32,000 nucleotides of DNA from Geobacter metallireducens GS-15 (GCF_000012925.1 NC_007517.1:150001-182000); one strand, 5' to 3'; numbered from the stretch's first letter, positions 8,320 through 19,037 are shown. Made by a program: numbers and translations. The notes: generated by a model not told the origin, from the letters alone.

Positions 8320-8961
8320 ATGACCAGCAAAATTATCGCATCTATCGCCTGTCTCGCCGCCCTGACAGGAACGGCCCACGCCGGAAACGTCGACTTCAGC
8401 ATCGGGATCAACCTGGGGAACAGGCCCGTGGCGGTGTACGAACCGGTCTACGCCCCCGCCCCGCCGCCTGTCTATGCTCCCGCCCCGCCAGTCCGCTATG
8501 AGCCGGTTTACGCATCTGCTCCTCGGCCTGTCTACGTGCCGGCCCCACCACCGGTGGTAATCGCCGAGCCTCCCGAATTCGTCCTCTCCCCTTCACTCGG
8601 TTTCTACGTCGCCATAGGCACACCCTACGACCTCTTCTATGCGGGAAACCGCTACTACCTGAGCCGCAACGGCGTCTGGTACAACGGCGCCTCGTACCAG
8701 GGACCGTGGACCACGGTGACGTACCGCTCCCTGCCCCGTGAGCTGAGGCGCTACCCGGTGGCAACGATCCGCTACCAGCGGGACCGGGATTACCGCCGCT
8801 GGTGCGATGACGACCATGACCAGTGGCGCAGCTTCCGTCCTGAGAGGGAACGGCGCGAAATCCGGCAAGATGAGAAGGCACGGTGGAGGGAAGCGAAGTG
8901 GCGGGAGAAGGAGTGGCGCAAGCACGGCCGCGACCGCTGGGATGATGACGACAGGGACTGA
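8320..8961 (+). CDS. Secreted Pro-rich protein of unknown function (riboswitch-controlled)
   Basis: ATG 8320 is preceded by AAAGGAGGAAACACC. The signal peptide is 'MTSKIIASIACLAALTGTAHA'. It has PVYAPAPP-type repeats, a Tyr/Trp-rich core and a charged 'RWREAKWREKEWRKHGRDRWDDDDRD' tail. Confidence 0.75.
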   Translation: MTSKIIASIACLAALTGTAHAGNVDFSIGINLGNRPVAVYEPVYAPAPPPVYAPAPPVRYEPVYASAPRPVYVPAPPPVVIAEPPEFVLSPSLGFYVAIGTPYDLFYAGNRYYLSRNGVWYNGASYQGPWTTVTYRSLPRELRRYPVATIRYQRDRDYRRWCDDDHDQWRSFRPERERREIRQDEKARWREAKWREKEWRKHGRDRWDDDDRD

Positions 8962-8986
8962 GGGCGAATAACACAGAGCAACTGAG

Positions 8987-10225
<1,239 letters not shown>

Positions 10226-10294
10226 TTTGTTGACTGAGAACACGGTTGCTCTGTGTTTCAAATGCTTGTTCTGATTATCGCAGGCCCGAGGGAG

Positions 10295-12481
10295 TTACCG
10301 GACAGGGCGCCGGACAACTCCCCTGGCCTTTTTCTTTTTGAGGCGCGCACCGGCCTTGCGGCGTTTTTCGGCCAGGGCGATGAGGATCTCGTGGCTTCCC
10401 CTCGGGTCGTCCCCTTCCCCCGGCATCCGCTGCACGGAGCTGCCGTCGGGCTGCATCTCCCAGGCGCTCCGCCGGTCGCCGAGTTGCGCGTCGAGCATGG
10501 CTCGGAGTTCCTTCCGCAGGTCCGGGGCCTCCACCGGTGCGAGGACCTCGACCCGGTATTCCAGGTTCCGCTTCATGGCGTCGGCGGAACCGATGTAGTA
10601 CTCCTCGTCACCATTGTTGCGGAAGTAGTAGATCCGTGAGTGCTCCAGGAACCGTCCCACCACGCTCACCACCCGCACCGTCTCCGAGAGCCCCGGAACG
10701 CCGGGGCGCAGGCGGCAGCTGTCCCGGATGAGGAGGTCGATCCGCACCCCCTTCCGGGCCGAACGGTAGAGGGCTGCCACGATGTCGGCGTCTTCCAGGG
10801 CGTTCATTTTGAACTGGATGAGCCCCGGCGTCTTCTCCGAGTGGAGTTCCGCCTCCCGCTCGATCCTGGCCAGGAGCGCCCGCTTCAGGTGCTTCGGCGC
10901 CGGCAGCAGTTTCTGATAGTTGCGCCGGGGGGTGTAGCCGGTGGTGAGGTAGTTGAAAAGCTCGGTGGCGTCCTGGCCAATCGCCTCGTCGCTGGTGAGG
11001 AGCCCCAGGTCGGAGTAGAGCCGGGCGGTGCCGGGATGGTAGTTGCCGGTGCCGATGTGGACGTAGCGCCGCAGCCCATCGTAGTCCTGCCGCACCACGA
11101 GGATCACCTTGCAGTGGGTCTTGAGCCCCACCACGCCGTAGGTGACGTGGATCCCCGCCTCCTCCATCCGCTCCGCAAGCCGAATGTTGGCCGCCTCGTC
11201 GAAGCGGGCCTTCAACTCCACCGCCACCGCCACCTGCTTACCGTTACTCGCCGCGTTCACCAGGCAATCGATGATCCGGCTGTCGGAGGCGGTCCGGTAG
11301 AGGGTCATCTTGATGGCCCGCACCTTGGGATCCTCGCTTGCCTCGAAGAGGAAGCGCTCCACCGAGGTGGCGAAGGAGTCGTAGGGGTGCTGGAGGAGAA
11401 TGGCGCCGGCGTCCCGGATCACGTGAAAGATGTTCCGGTCGGTCATGAGGCGGGGGTGGTCGACCGGGTGGTGGGACGGGTCGTGGAGCTCCGGGTAGCC
11501 GAGGCCGGCGATCTCGAACAGGTCCCGCAGGGCCAGCATCCCCTCCACCTCGAAGACGTCGGCGGCCTCGTTCAGTTCCAGCTCCGCGGCGAGCATCCCC
11601 CGGTGCACCGCCCCCATGCCGGCCACAACCTCCAGCCGCACGATGGGAGCGAAGCGCCGGTCTTGGAGTTCCGACTCGATCATGGAGAGGAGGTCGTCGG
11701 CCTGCTCCTCGTTCCGCTCGGTATTGGCGTTGCGGGTGACCCGGAAGAACTCGCAGGCCACCACCTCCATCTCCGGGAAGAGGAGGTCCAGGTTGTGCTG
11801 CATCACCTCCTCCAGGGGGACGAACCGGTCCTTGTCACCCACCCGGAGGAAACGGGGAATCCCGGTCCCCACCGGCACCTTGACCCGGGCCAGGGAGGTC
11901 TCCCGCTCCCGGGGGTAGCGGAGCGTCACCAGCAGGTTCAGGGAGAGGTTGGAGATGAAGGGGAAGGGGTGGGCGGGGTCGATGGACTGGGGGGTGACCA
12001 GGGGAAAGATGTTCCGGATGTAATAGTCGCGGAGCCCTTTCCGCTCCCGGGCCGGGATCTCGCTGTAGCCGAGGATCTGGATGCCGGCCGACCGCAGGAG
12101 CGTCAGGAGCTCGCCGAAAAGGAGCCGCTTCCGCTCCCCCAGTTCCCGCACCACGGCGTAGCACTCCTCGATCTGCTGCCGGGGGGTGCGGCCGTCCACG
12201 GTCAGGTTCTGGATGCCCGCCCCCACCTGCTGCTTGAGGCCGCCGATCCGCTTCATGAAAAACTCGTCCAGGTTGCTGCTGACGATGGCGGCAAACTTGA
12301 CCCGCTCCAGAAGCGGCGTCCGCTCGTCCTCGGCCTCGTGGAGGACCCGGCGGTTGAACGCGAGCCAGGTGAGCTCCCGGTTCAGGTAGAGCTCGGGGGC
12401 GGCCAGGTCGCAGACCGACCACTCCCCGCCCGCCGCTGTTTCGGGGGCGGTTCTCTTCGGGGAGGAGGGCTTGCGGGCCAT
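10295..12481 (-). CDS. ppk: Polyphosphate kinase 1
   Basis: Full-length PPK1, with 'YLNRELSWL'-like 'YLNRELTWLAFNRRVLHEA', 'NLDEFFMKR', and a phospho-His region 'GLKTHCKVILVVR'. Confidence 0.97.
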   Translation of the reverse strand: MARKPSSPKRTAPETAAGGEWSVCDLAAPELYLNRELTWLAFNRRVLHEAEDERTPLLERVKFAAIVSSNLDEFFMKRIGGLKQQVGAGIQNLTVDGRTPRQQIEECYAVVRELGERKRLLFGELLTLLRSAGIQILGYSEIPARERKGLRDYYIRNIFPLVTPQSIDPAHPFPFISNLSLNLLVTLRYPRERETSLARVKVPVGTGIPRFLRVGDKDRFVPLEEVMQHNLDLLFPEMEVVACEFFRVTRNANTERNEEQADDLLSMIESELQDRRFAPIVRLEVVAGMGAVHRGMLAAELELNEAADVFEVEGMLALRDLFEIAGLGYPELHDPSHHPVDHPRLMTDRNIFHVIRDAGAILLQHPYDSFATSVERFLFEASEDPKVRAIKMTLYRTASDSRIIDCLVNAASNGKQVAVAVELKARFDEAANIRLAERMEEAGIHVTYGVVGLKTHCKVILVVRQDYDGLRRYVHIGTGNYHPGTARLYSDLGLLTSDEAIGQDATELFNYLTTGYTPRRNYQKLLPAPKHLKRALLARIEREAELHSEKTPGLIQFKMNALEDADIVAALYRSARKGVRIDLLIRDSCRLRPGVPGLSETVRVVSVVGRFLEHSRIYYFRNNGDEEYYIGSADAMKRNLEYRVEVLAPVEAPDLRKELRAMLDAQLGDRRSAWEMQPDGSSVQRMPGEGDDPRGSHEILIALAEKRRKAGARLKKKKARGVVRRPVR

Positions 12482-12482
12482 G

Positions 12483-13436
12483 TTACAGCCACCCCTTCTT
12501 CTTGAAGACGTAGAGGGGGAGCACGGCCGAGAGGATGATCAGCGTGAGGGCGAAGGGGTAGCCGAAGACCCATTCCAGTTCGGGCATGTGTTTGTAGTTC
12601 ATGCCGTAGATGCTGGCGATCATGGTGGGCGGCAGGAAGATCACCGACATGACGGTGAAGATCTTGATGACCTTGTTCTGCTCAACACTCAGGTGGTTGA
12701 GGAAGAGGTTCTGGATGTAGTCGAGGCGCTCGAAGTTGAAGTTGGCCGAGATGACGAGGGAGTTCACGTCCTTCATCATCATGCTGAACTCCTTCTTGAG
12801 GTTCTCGGAGATGGAAGCGCTCTTCAGGAGCGACGACAGGACCCGGTGCTTGTCAGTCAGGTTCTCCCGGATGGTGATGTTGATGTCTTCGTAGTCGGTG
12901 ATGTGGGAGAGGTACTCGGTCGGGTTCTCGAAGGTCTGGGGACCGCGCCGGCCAAGGCTGGCGATCCCCCGGGAGAGCGCCTCCAGGGTGTCGGCGTCCA
13001 TGTCGACCCGCATGGCGAGGATCCCCGACAGGATATCGGCCCCATCCCGAAACGAACGGGGGCTGAGGCGCAGCTTGCGGGAAAACTCGGTGAAGATCCG
13101 GTGGTCGCTGAAGCGGATGGTGACCACGAACTTCCCCCGGAGAATGAAGGAGACGGTCTCGTTGTGGAACTTTTCCTCCTGGCGCACCAGGAAGTAGGTA
13201 TTGATGTCGATGCCGCTTTCGTCCTCCCAGAACCGGGAGCTGAACTCGATCTCCTCCGACTCCTGGCGGGTCGGGAGCTCGATCTTCAGGCTCCGCTCCA
13301 CGGTGGCGAGCTCGTCCGTGGAGGGGGAGAGGAGGTCGAGCCAGATGAGGGAGCTGACATCCAGGTCCACGAGCTCATCGGGCTCAACGGAGACCGTTCT
13401 GAATGAATCCTCCGCGCGGAGGTAGGCCTTGATCAT
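12483..13436 (-). CDS. corA: Magnesium/cobalt transporter CorA
   Basis: 317 aa with 'YGMNYKHMPE' (GMN motif) followed by two C-terminal TM helices. The stop lies 1 nt before the ppk start. Confidence 0.93.
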   Translation of the reverse strand: MIKAYLRAEDSFRTVSVEPDELVDLDVSSLIWLDLLSPSTDELATVERSLKIELPTRQESEEIEFSSRFWEDESGIDINTYFLVRQEEKFHNETVSFILRGKFVVTIRFSDHRIFTEFSRKLRLSPRSFRDGADILSGILAMRVDMDADTLEALSRGIASLGRRGPQTFENPTEYLSHITDYEDINITIRENLTDKHRVLSSLLKSASISENLKKEFSMMMKDVNSLVISANFNFERLDYIQNLFLNHLSVEQNKVIKIFTVMSVIFLPPTMIASIYGMNYKHMPELEWVFGYPFALTLIILSAVLPLYVFKKKGWL

Positions 13437-13534
13437 GGAACACCATTTCCCGGTTCAAAATCGCGCCGTTGGCGCATCGAAAAAATTGTAGATGGAAGGG
13501 GAAGGACGGTCAAGGGAACATTTCCCCCATAACG

Positions 13535-14944
13535 TCACAGCCCGGCGATCTCCCGGGCCGCGGCCAGGAGTTCCTCCACCGTCTGCGCATCGCCGGCCTC
13601 GCTGTAGAGCCTGAGCACCGGCTCGGTCCCCGACGGACGGATCAGGAGCCAGGAGCCATCCTCAAAAATGAACTTGAAGCCGTCGCGGAAATTCTCCCGT
13701 GCCACGTTACGACCCGCAATAGAGGCAATCCCTCCCTGCTTCAGCCGGGCGATGAGGAGCTCCTTGGCGGCGTCGGCGATGGGGAGGTCAATGCGGCGGT
13801 AGCAAAAGCGGCCGATCTCGTCCATGGTCTCGTCGAGAAGCTGCCGGACTCCCTTGCCGCTCACGGCCATGGCCTCCAGGAGGAGGAGCCCCATGAGGAT
13901 GCCGTCCCGCTCCGGGATGTGCCCCTTGACGCCGAGCCCCCCCGACTCCTCGCCCCCCATGAGGATGTCGTGGTCGAGCATCAGCTCGCAGATATGCTTG
14001 AAGCCGATGGGGGTCTCGTGGAGGGGGAGGCCGAACTTCTCGGCCAGAAGATCCACCATGCGGGTGGTGGAGACAGTCTTCACCACCCCGCCGGTGAGCC
14101 CCTTGCGCTCCACCAGGTGCCGGAGGATCACCGTGAAGATCCGGTGGGAGGAGAAGAACTCGCCGGTCTCGTCCACGGCGCCGATCCGGTCGGCGTCGCC
14201 GTCCAGGGCCAGGCCGATGCGGTACCGGCCGCTTGCCACCAGGGCCGCCAGCTCCGTCAGGTGCTCTTCAGTGGGCTCCGGAGGCTGTCCCCCGAAGGAA
14301 GGGTTCTCGTCGCCGTGAATCTCCCGGACCCCGGGGAGGAGCTCCGGCACGAAGCCGGCGCCGGCACCAAACATAGGGTCCACGACCACGGGGAGGTTCG
14401 CCTTCCGGATCGCCTCCAGATCCACATAACGGGCCAGCTGCCGGAAATACCCCCCTTTGGGGTCAAAGGTGGCGACACTCCCGTCGGCCAGGGCTTCGGC
14501 CAGGGGGCGGGCCTTGATCTCGCGGCCGGCGGCGTCGTTGGCGGCCACCATCTCCTCCAGGATCTTCGTGGTGGAGGGGCGGGCCGAGCCGCCAAAGGAC
14601 TCCTTCACCTTGAAGCCGTTGTAAGCGGGGGGGTTGTGGCTTGCGGTGATCATGACGCCGCCGCCGGCCCCCAGCTCGTGGACCGCCCAGGAGACCGCCG
14701 GGGTCGGGGCGTAGCCTGCGGTGAGCCAGACCCGGATGCCGTTGCCGGCGGCGATCTCCGCCACCCGCTCGGCAAACTCCCGGGAAAGGAAGCGGCGGTC
14801 GTAGCCGATCACGAGCCCCCGGGGAGCGAGTCCTTCGCGGATGAGGTACTCCATGGTAGCCTGGGCCACCCGGGAGAGGTTGTCGAAGGTGAAATCCCGG
14901 GCAATAACCCCGCGCCAGCCGTCAGTTCCGAACTTTATCTGCAC
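13535..14944 (-). CDS. Phosphoglucomutase/phosphomannomutase family (alpha-D-phosphohexomutase)
   Basis: 'FGTDGWRG', phosphoserine loop 'TASHNPPAYNGFK', Mg loop 'DGDADR', sugar loop 'GGEESGG' and phosphate loop 'RPSGTEP'. Confidence 0.93.
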   Translation of the reverse strand: MQIKFGTDGWRGVIARDFTFDNLSRVAQATMEYLIREGLAPRGLVIGYDRRFLSREFAERVAEIAAGNGIRVWLTAGYAPTPAVSWAVHELGAGGGVMITASHNPPAYNGFKVKESFGGSARPSTTKILEEMVAANDAAGREIKARPLAEALADGSVATFDPKGGYFRQLARYVDLEAIRKANLPVVVDPMFGAGAGFVPELLPGVREIHGDENPSFGGQPPEPTEEHLTELAALVASGRYRIGLALDGDADRIGAVDETGEFFSSHRIFTVILRHLVERKGLTGGVVKTVSTTRMVDLLAEKFGLPLHETPIGFKHICELMLDHDILMGGEESGGLGVKGHIPERDGILMGLLLLEAMAVSGKGVRQLLDETMDEIGRFCYRRIDLPIADAAKELLIARLKQGGIASIAGRNVARENFRDGFKFIFEDGSWLLIRPSGTEPVLRLYSEAGDAQTVEELLAAAREIAGL

Positions 14945-15095
14945 CGTCTCTCCTCCTGAATGTCAGTTCATGGGTAATCGTACGTAAAACTAGACAATTT
15001 TCCGCACTATCGCCCGTCAAGTCAACCTTTTGTTTATTTCTTTCACCGTCGAATTGGGGTATGGTTTTCCCTTCACCACGCCACCGAGGAGGCCC

Positions 15096-15746
15096 ATGCC
15101 TATGTACGGACGCATCTTCACCCCCTTTGCCATCGGGGGGTTCACCATCGTGCCGGAGGATCATCCCGAGGACCCGGCAGCGGGCCTCCCCCTCATCATG
15201 GGGAAAAAAGGGGCCTTCGGCTCCGGCGAGCACGAGACCACCGCCTCCTGCCTGGAAGAGATGGAGCGAATCCCCGGCATCGCCGGCATGCGCTGCCTCG
15301 ATCTCGGGAGCGGCACCGGCATCCTGGCCGTGGCCGCCATCCGCCTCGGAGCCGCCAGCGTGGTGGCGGTGGACATCGACCCAAAGGCCGCTGAATCGTG
15401 CGCCGCCAACGTGCGCCTCAACGGCATGGAGGGACGGATCTTCTCCGTCTGCGGCGAACTGGCCTCGGTGGGGCGGGAACCCTACGACCTCCTCCTGGCC
15501 AACATCTACGCCGACATCCACCTGGCCCTGGCCCACGAGATGGTGGGGCTCGTGCGCCCCGGCGGGTGGCTCATCCTCTCCGGCATTCCGCTTCAGGACA
15601 AGTTCGACATCCAGCGCCGCTTCCGGAACCTGGGATGCATCGAGCACGACTGGCAAATCCTGGAGGAATACGTCACCATCGTCCTGCGCAAGCCTGACGC
15701 GGAAGGCGATGAAATGATTGACGAGAAGGCTGCATCCTCATTATAA
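15096..15746 (+). CDS. Class I SAM-dependent methyltransferase, PrmA (ribosomal protein L11 methyltransferase)-like, short form
   Basis: 'FGSGEHETT', 'LDLGSGTGILAVAA', 'VVAVDIDP', 'DLLLANI'. ATG 15096 (or 15102) follows GAGGAGG. It lacks the usual PrmA N-terminal domain. Confidence 0.75.
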   Translation: MPMYGRIFTPFAIGGFTIVPEDHPEDPAAGLPLIMGKKGAFGSGEHETTASCLEEMERIPGIAGMRCLDLGSGTGILAVAAIRLGAASVVAVDIDPKAAESCAANVRLNGMEGRIFSVCGELASVGREPYDLLLANIYADIHLALAHEMVGLVRPGGWLILSGIPLQDKFDIQRRFRNLGCIEHDWQILEEYVTIVLRKPDAEGDEMIDEKAASSL

Positions 15747-15783
15747 TTCAGCGGTTTGATTATCGACTCGGAGGAGTGACACT

Positions 15784-16383
15784 ATGTTCAAACGGATTAT
15801 CCTGGCCCTGACAATCTGCGGTCTTTTCAGCGTGCTTCTCATCGCCGGCAATGCCGATGCCGCGGCAAAGGCCGAAAAGGCCAAGAACCCCGTGGTTCTC
15901 ATGGAGACGACCCTCGGTCCCGTGAAGATCGAGCTCTACCCCGACAAGGCGCCGGTATCGGTGAAGAACTTCCTCGACTACGTGAACAGCGGCTTCTACA
16001 ACGGCACCATCTTCCACCGGGTCATCCCCGGCTTCATGGCCCAGGGGGGCGGCTTCACCGCCGACCGGAAGCAGAAGGAAACGAAGGCCCCCATCAAGAA
16101 CGAAGCCGCTAACGGCCTCAAGAACGACCGGGGGACCATCGCCATGGCCCGCACCGCCAACCCCGACAGCGCCACGGCCCAGTTCTTCATCAACGTGGTG
16201 AACAACGACGGTCTCAACCGCCCGAACCCGGACGGCTTCGGCTACGCCGTCTTCGGCAAGGTGGTCGAAGGGATGGACGTGGTGGACAAAATCGTCGCCA
16301 CCCCCACCCAGCGCCTCAACATGGTCTTTGCCAACCTCCCGGTGACGCCGGTGGTCATCACGTCGATGAAGGCCGTCAAATAA
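15784..16383 (+). CDS. ppiA: Periplasmic peptidyl-prolyl cis-trans isomerase, cyclophilin type
   Basis: Signal peptide, then '[14 protein letters not shown]', 'GTIAMAR...SATAQFFIN', '[18 protein letters not shown]'. The RBS is GGAGGAG. Confidence 0.93.
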   Translation: MFKRIILALTICGLFSVLLIAGNADAAAKAEKAKNPVVLMETTLGPVKIELYPDKAPVSVKNFLDYVNSGFYNGTIFHRVIPGFMAQGGGFTADRKQKETKAPIKNEAANGLKNDRGTIAMARTANPDSATAQFFINVVNNDGLNRPNPDGFGYAVFGKVVEGMDVVDKIVATPTQRLNMVFANLPVTPVVITSMKAVK

Positions 16384-16413
16384 CGGGGCAGGCAACACGC
16401 ACGTTTCACAAGA

Positions 16414-16439
16414 GGGCGTCCTGACGGGCGCCCTTTTTT
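16414..16439 (+). terminator. Intrinsic terminator after ppiA
   Basis: GGGCGTCC-TGAC-GGGCGCCC, an 8-bp stem with one G-U pair, followed by T6. Confidence 0.8.
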
Positions 16440-16487
16440 GTGGTATATCCTCCTGTGTCCGCAACAAACCATGACGCGAGGTATGCC

Positions 16488-17897
16488 ATGAGACAGCGCT
16501 TCCTTCCCCTACTCGCCCTCCTCTCCCTTCTCCTCCCCCTTCCCGCACCCGCCGCCCCCACCGTTTCCACGGTGGCGGACCAGACGGGCATCGCCCTCAC
16601 CATCTACAACCGGAACCTCGGCCTCGTGAAGGACCGTCGGGAGATCCGCCTCGCCCCGGGAAACGGCGAGCTCCGCTTCATGGACGTGGCGGCCCAGATC
16701 ATCCCCACCAGCGTCTCCATCGCCTCCCTCGCCGGCGGGGAACTCCAGGTCCTGGAGCAGAACTACGAGTATGACCTCCTCTCACCCCAGAAGCTCATGG
16801 ACAAGTACGTGGGGAAGGAGGTGAAGCTCCACCAGAAGAACCCTTACACCGAGCGGGAAGAGGTGGTGACCGCCACGCTCCTCTCCAATAACGGCGGGCC
16901 GGTCTACCGCATCGGCGACGAGATCACCTTCGGCCACCCCGGACGCCTGATCTTTCCCGGGGTCCCCGACGACCTCATCGCCCGGCCGACCCTGGTCTGG
17001 CTCCTGGAGGGAGCTGCAGTCGAGAAGCGGACCATCGAGGCCTCCTACCTCACCGGCGGCATCTCCTGGCGGGCCGACTACGTGGTGACCCTGAGCGAGA
17101 AGGACGACCAGGCGAACCTTGCCGGCTGGGTCACCATCGACAACCGGAGCGGCGCCGCCTACCGCAATGCCACCCTCAAGCTCGTGGCCGGCGACGTGAA
17201 CCGGGTGCAGGAGCAGTCCACCCGCTTCGCCAAGTCCGTGCGGGCCGAAGCCATGGCACCCGCTCCCCAGTTCCAGGAGGAGGCCTTCTTCGAGTACCAC
17301 CTCTATACCCTCCAGCGCCCCTCCACCATCAAGGAGAACCAGACCAAGCAGATCAATCTGGTGACCGCCGATGCCGTGCCGGTGAAGAAGGAATTCCTCC
17401 TGAAGGGGGAGAGTTTCTACTACCAGAGCCCCGCCGGCGAGGTCGAGAAGCAGAAGGTGGGGGTCTTCGTGGAGATGGAGAACCGGAAGGAGCACAACCT
17501 GGGGATGCCGCTCCCCAAGGGGATCGTGCGGGTCTACAAGCGGGATGCCGGGGGAAGCCTCCAGTTCGTGGGGGAGGACACCATCGACCACACCCCGGAG
17601 AAGGAGACGGTGCGGGTGAAGCTGGGGGACGCCTTCGACGTGGTGGGGGAGCGGAAGCAGACCGAGTGGCGGAAGGTGGCCAGCGACACCTACGAGTCGG
17701 CCTTTGAGATAAGGCTTCGCAACCACAAGAAGGAGGATATCACCGTGAAGGTGGTGGAGCCGGTCCCCGGCGACTGGCAGATGCTCTCCTCATCCCACCC
17801 CCACGAGAAGGGGGACGCCTTCAGCGCCGTGTTCAAGGTGCCGGTGCCCAAGGACGGGGAGGCGACCCTCGTCTACCGGGTGCGGATGCGGTACTGA
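16488..17897 (+). CDS. Secreted DUF4139-like (MuiA-family-like) protein
   Basis: ATG 16488 after GAGG. The signal peptide is 'MRQRFLPLLALLSLLLPLPAPAAP'. The family call comes from the N-terminal 'IYNRNLGLVKDRREI.L..G...L.F.DV...I.P.SV' pattern and ~470 aa size. Moderate certainty. Confidence 0.6.
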   Translation: MRQRFLPLLALLSLLLPLPAPAAPTVSTVADQTGIALTIYNRNLGLVKDRREIRLAPGNGELRFMDVAAQIIPTSVSIASLAGGELQVLEQNYEYDLLSPQKLMDKYVGKEVKLHQKNPYTEREEVVTATLLSNNGGPVYRIGDEITFGHPGRLIFPGVPDDLIARPTLVWLLEGAAVEKRTIEASYLTGGISWRADYVVTLSEKDDQANLAGWVTIDNRSGAAYRNATLKLVAGDVNRVQEQSTRFAKSVRAEAMAPAPQFQEEAFFEYHLYTLQRPSTIKENQTKQINLVTADAVPVKKEFLLKGESFYYQSPAGEVEKQKVGVFVEMENRKEHNLGMPLPKGIVRVYKRDAGGSLQFVGEDTIDHTPEKETVRVKLGDAFDVVGERKQTEWRKVASDTYESAFEIRLRNHKKEDITVKVVEPVPGDWQMLSSSHPHEKGDAFSAVFKVPVPKDGEATLVYRVRMRY

Positions 17898-17906
17898 AAA
17901 AACCTA

Positions 17907-19037
17907 TCAGCGGCAGGAGACCGGCTCGTAGTTCCCGTCGTAGACCCCGACGCATTTCATGATGCCGTTGGATGCGGGCCGTCCCCCCGTGAGGCGTGAA
18001 TTCGCCACGAGGGTGGTGGCGCCGACATCGGTGAAGAGGGTGGTGAGGGAGGCGTTAACCGAGGTCCCCTCCACGGTCACTGTGCCGGAATAGTAGCTGT
18101 AGATGCCGTTTCCAGCCTTGATGGCCGAGTTTCTGACAATGGGGGAGGAGTGGAGGTTGAAGACGCCGAAGGCCGTGTCGCTCCCCCCGGCCAAGACGGT
18201 CACGTCCGCGATAACCGGCGCCGCCATGAGGTTGTAGATGCCGTAGGCCCCCTTGCCACCCTCGGCGCTGACGGTCACGTGGGCGATGCGCGGCGCGGCG
18301 CTCCCGTTGAAGATGCCGACGATGGTCCCCTCGGTGCCGCTGGCCTGCACGGTGAGGTTCCGCAGTTCGGCCATGGACGCCCCGGCCACTACGCCGGCAT
18401 CGGCGGCGTTCCCCCGCAGCCGGGTAGTCAGCTCGCCGGAGCCTTCGATGTCCACGTAGGACTTCATGACGAGGGTGTCGATTCCGAGGTCATAGGTGCC
18501 GGGCATGATTTTCACCAGGTAGGGTTTATCGGCGGATGCGTCGGTGATTGAATTGAGGGCGTCGATGGGATTGGTGAAATCACCGCCGCTCAGGGCCACG
18601 GTGATGAGTTCGGCGGGCCTTCTGAGAAGCCCTTCGTGGGTATGGTCGCCGGCGGCAACCGTGCCGGGGGCGGTCCCCACGGGAAGACGGGCGGCGTCAA
18701 TGGTCCCCTGGACGATGTCGGCAGCGTCGTGGCCGTGGCGGCCGATCTTGTGGCCGGCGATGGGTCCGGCGATCTTGGCGTCGGTGACGGCGCCGTCGGC
18801 GAGCTTCGGCGTGGTCACCGCACCGAAGCCGAGTTTCTCGTCGGTGACGGCGCCGTCGACGATCTTGCTGTTGGTAACGGCGCCGGGGACGATGGCCCGG
18901 TAGGTGACGGCTCCGTCGGCGAGCTTCGGCGCGGTCACCGCACCGTCATCGATTCCGGCGGCGAAGACCCCGCTCCCCGCTCCCCACGCCGCTAGTGCCG
19001 CGACCGTGACCACTGCCGTCCTGATTCCCTGTCCCAT
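17907..19037 (-). CDS. Secreted protein: six 10-aa 'GAVTxxKxxD' repeats + right-handed beta-helix-like C-terminal domain
   Basis: ATG 19037 after GGGGAGGA. The signal peptide is '[26 protein letters not shown]'. After the repeats comes '[20 protein letters not shown]...[12 protein letters not shown]', typical of pectin-lyase-fold proteins. Confidence 0.7.
   Translation of the reverse strand: MGQGIRTAVVTVAALAAWGAGSGVFAAGIDDGAVTAPKLADGAVTYRAIVPGAVTNSKIVDGAVTDEKLGFGAVTTPKLADGAVTDAKIAGPIAGHKIGRHGHDAADIVQGTIDAARLPVGTAPGTVAAGDHTHEGLLRRPAELITVALSGGDFTNPIDALNSITDASADKPYLVKIMPGTYDLGIDTLVMKSYVDIEGSGELTTRLRGNAADAGVVAGASMAELRNLTVQASGTEGTIVGIFNGSAAPRIAHVTVSAEGGKGAYGIYNLMAAPVIADVTVLAGGSDTAFGVFNLHSSPIVRNSAIKAGNGIYSYYSGTVTVEGTSVNASLTTLFTDVGATTLVANSRLTGGRPASNGIMKCVGVYDGNYEPVSCR
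18765..18944 (-). repeat. Six tandem 30-bp coding repeats (GAVT-x-x-K-x-x-D units)
   Basis: The translated units are [10 protein letters not shown] / [10 protein letters not shown] / [10 protein letters not shown] / [10 protein letters not shown] / [10 protein letters not shown] / [10 protein letters not shown]. At DNA level GGTGACGGCGCCGTCG.. recurs. Confidence 0.8.

Noticed and set aside
10230-10235. Outward-facing TTGACT -35 hexamer at the IS right end, as part of a circle-junction promoter
   Set aside because: After joining to the inferred left end, no acceptable -10 hexamer falls at 16-18 nt spacing. It may be coincidence, or my boundaries may be off by a few bases, so I do not report it as a feature.
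10640-12505. 621-aa plus-strand ORF antisense to ppk1. Similar long antisense ORFs lie at 12471-13406, 13469-14959, 3952-5373, 553-1653 and 1449-2594.
   Set aside because: Each lies opposite a gene with unambiguous family motifs (PPK1, CorA, PGM, UvrA, radical SAM). The products are low-complexity (G/P/R/H/E/V-rich) with no RBS or motifs.
13437-13534. Possible Mg2+ (M-box) riboswitch upstream of corA
   Set aside because: The leader is only ~98 nt and lacks the multi-helix M-box core. It has only small palindromes (GCGCC-GTT-GGCGC, GGGAA-CAT-TTCCC), possibly a weak pgm terminator or operator.
15061-15717. 218-aa alternative-frame ORF overlapping the PrmA-like methyltransferase
   Set aside because: It is Pro/Ser/Arg/Trp-rich. 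The chosen frame carries the SAM-binding motifs (GSGTGILA, VDIDP).
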